Assembly: GCA_964016885.1 (NCBI GenBank)
Contig: OZ024757.1
Location: forward strand, 8,494,001 to 8,558,000
Length of the DNA: 64,000 nucleotides
From: Eledone cirrhosa
Lineage: Eukaryota
Direction: 5' to 3'
Notes under the pieces: generated by a model
Databases searched by the model: none
What the model was told of the DNA's origin: nothing
What the model saw: only the letters and a program-made list of their open reading frames with translations
Position numbers and translations under genes: made by a program
Shown here: piece by piece, positions 62,331-64,000 of the stretch
Position numbering within the stretch: position 1 is the first letter of the stretch
Layout: each line of letters starts with the position of its first letter

Positions 62331-63460
62331 GCTAAGAATGTAGGTTTTACATTGGTTCACTGCGCTGGAGAAGTAAGCAGCAATCACGTTTAGGAGACAA
62401 GCTCTATCAAATATTTAAAGGGTTCCATAGAAGCAATTGACAGTTTCTGTTACCTGGGGTATCAAATAAGCAGTGGAGGTAGGTGTTCTGAAAGTACAGT
62501 AACCAGAGTAAGAACAAGATGGCAGAGGTTTAGGGTGTTACTACTGCTACTAGCTACAAAAGGTTGTTTCATCAATTTGATGTGTGCATATGAACAGCAA
62601 TGCTGCATTGCAGTGAGGACCTCAGAAGATTGGATAGAAATGAAGCTTAAATTTTCCAATGGATGTGTAATATTAATTAATATACATGAAGGGTAAAGTG
62701 TAAATAAACTGAAAGGGAAAAGATACAGTATGCAGGAGAGGAGATTGCTGTGGGTTGGACATGTGATGTGTATGAAGGTAGAGATTGCTGTATAAAAGGT
62801 TGACCACGTGAAATTGATGAAAGAGGAAGACCTAGGAAAGCTTGGGATGAGGAGGTAAAAACTGACCTGACACCATTGTACCTCTCAAAGGTGATGACAC
62901 AGGATTGAAATCTCTGGCGTTATATAGTACTGCAGGAGACCTGCATTCCCATGTCCACGGGTTGACACAACATTTAGTGGTTTGAAGTATGCTCTAATTT
63001 TCCACCCCTTCACATCTGAACACTCCACAACCTTACCAGCTAAGTACACCACCCTGACCTAACTCGCAAATCCCCACCCTACATACACACAACCCCACCC
63101 CCACTTTCACATCTGATACACCTCTCTTGACCAACCCATGTATACAAGTATGGAATGCTTAACATGCTCTTCTCCAATGCGGCTGAAATGGCTAAACCCT
63201 CAGGCAACCCTGTAAGGTGGTCGTGCAGGTGTCATGACAAAAGAACACAGAGTCCTCTCTGTTAGGTAATATGACAAAAGAGCACCTAACCCTCCCTGCA
63301 AGGTAGTCATGCTGGTGACATGACAAATAAGCACCCAGTCCACCCTGTGAGGTAGACTTGACAGAAGGCCCCTAGCCCAGTCTGTAAAGTAGTCATGCTA
63401 GTGGCAAGACTGAAGGGACCCGAAGCACCCTTCAAAGTGGTCAAATTGGTGACATGACTT
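62330..63460 (+). mobile_element. Old RTE 3' fragment and 3' UTR with degenerate ~45-bp repeats
   Basis: GSIEAIDSFCYLG and GRPRKAWDEEVKTDL on the plus strand. Confidence 0.7.
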
Positions 63461-64000
63461 GACACCATATTTTAGTTTACTTCTAAAATATCTCATTTTT
63501 AGTTTACTTCTAAAATATCTCATATATTTAAAAATTACTTATTTTTAAAAATTATTATTTATTTCTTAAAAAAATTACTTTTTAAAGATTATTTAAAATT
63601 TTTTTATATTTTTTAAATATTTGAAAACATTTTAAATAGTTTAAGTACTTTTTACGTATTTTATTTTGTTAAAAAGGTTTTTTGAGTATCTTCTGAGATT
63701 AAAAAAAAATTTTTTTTTATTTTTCCAGAAATTTTTTCGAGAACTTAATATTTTTATATTTTTTAATATTTTTTAATTATTTAATATTAGAGTTATAACC
63801 AATAACTAATTCTGGCTAAATATATCTTTCAACATTTATATCTTCGTCAAAATGGTCTCATACTAACTAATAAATAAACAAAACTGGGTTTTTCAATATC
63901 TTCCTAATTTAAAACATTAAAAACATATAAATAATCTTATTAACTCAGTTAATTTAATTACTTACACTAAATATAAACCAGTATCCCTCATAACTTATTA

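Overview
This is AT-rich, (TA)n-riddled eukaryotic DNA. The repeat content and clustered C2H2 zinc-finger genes suggest a coleoid cephalopod such as Octopus; this is an inference, not verified. The only credible host genes are three single-coding-exon tandem C2H2 zinc-finger ORFs with 8, 10 and 16 fingers. Two of them sit in a tandem segmental duplication. A conserved 89-nt non-coding exon recurs four times and points to two more paralogues: one has lost its coding exon, and one runs off the left edge on the minus strand. The rest is mobile DNA. It includes a near full-length and a 5'-truncated young RTE LINE (both with a PHD finger inside the RT region), older RTE relics, CR1-type LINEs, tRNA-derived SINEs, a non-autonomous Helitron, several MITEs and LINE-derived minisatellites. 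The most striking signal outside the ORF track is a complete type I hammerhead ribozyme at 6566-6645, inside a ~509-bp terminally redundant unit. A half-hammerhead hairpin and a minimal minus-strand hammerhead lie within the next 1.5 kb, consistent with Penelope-like or retrozyme-type elements inserted in TA tracts.
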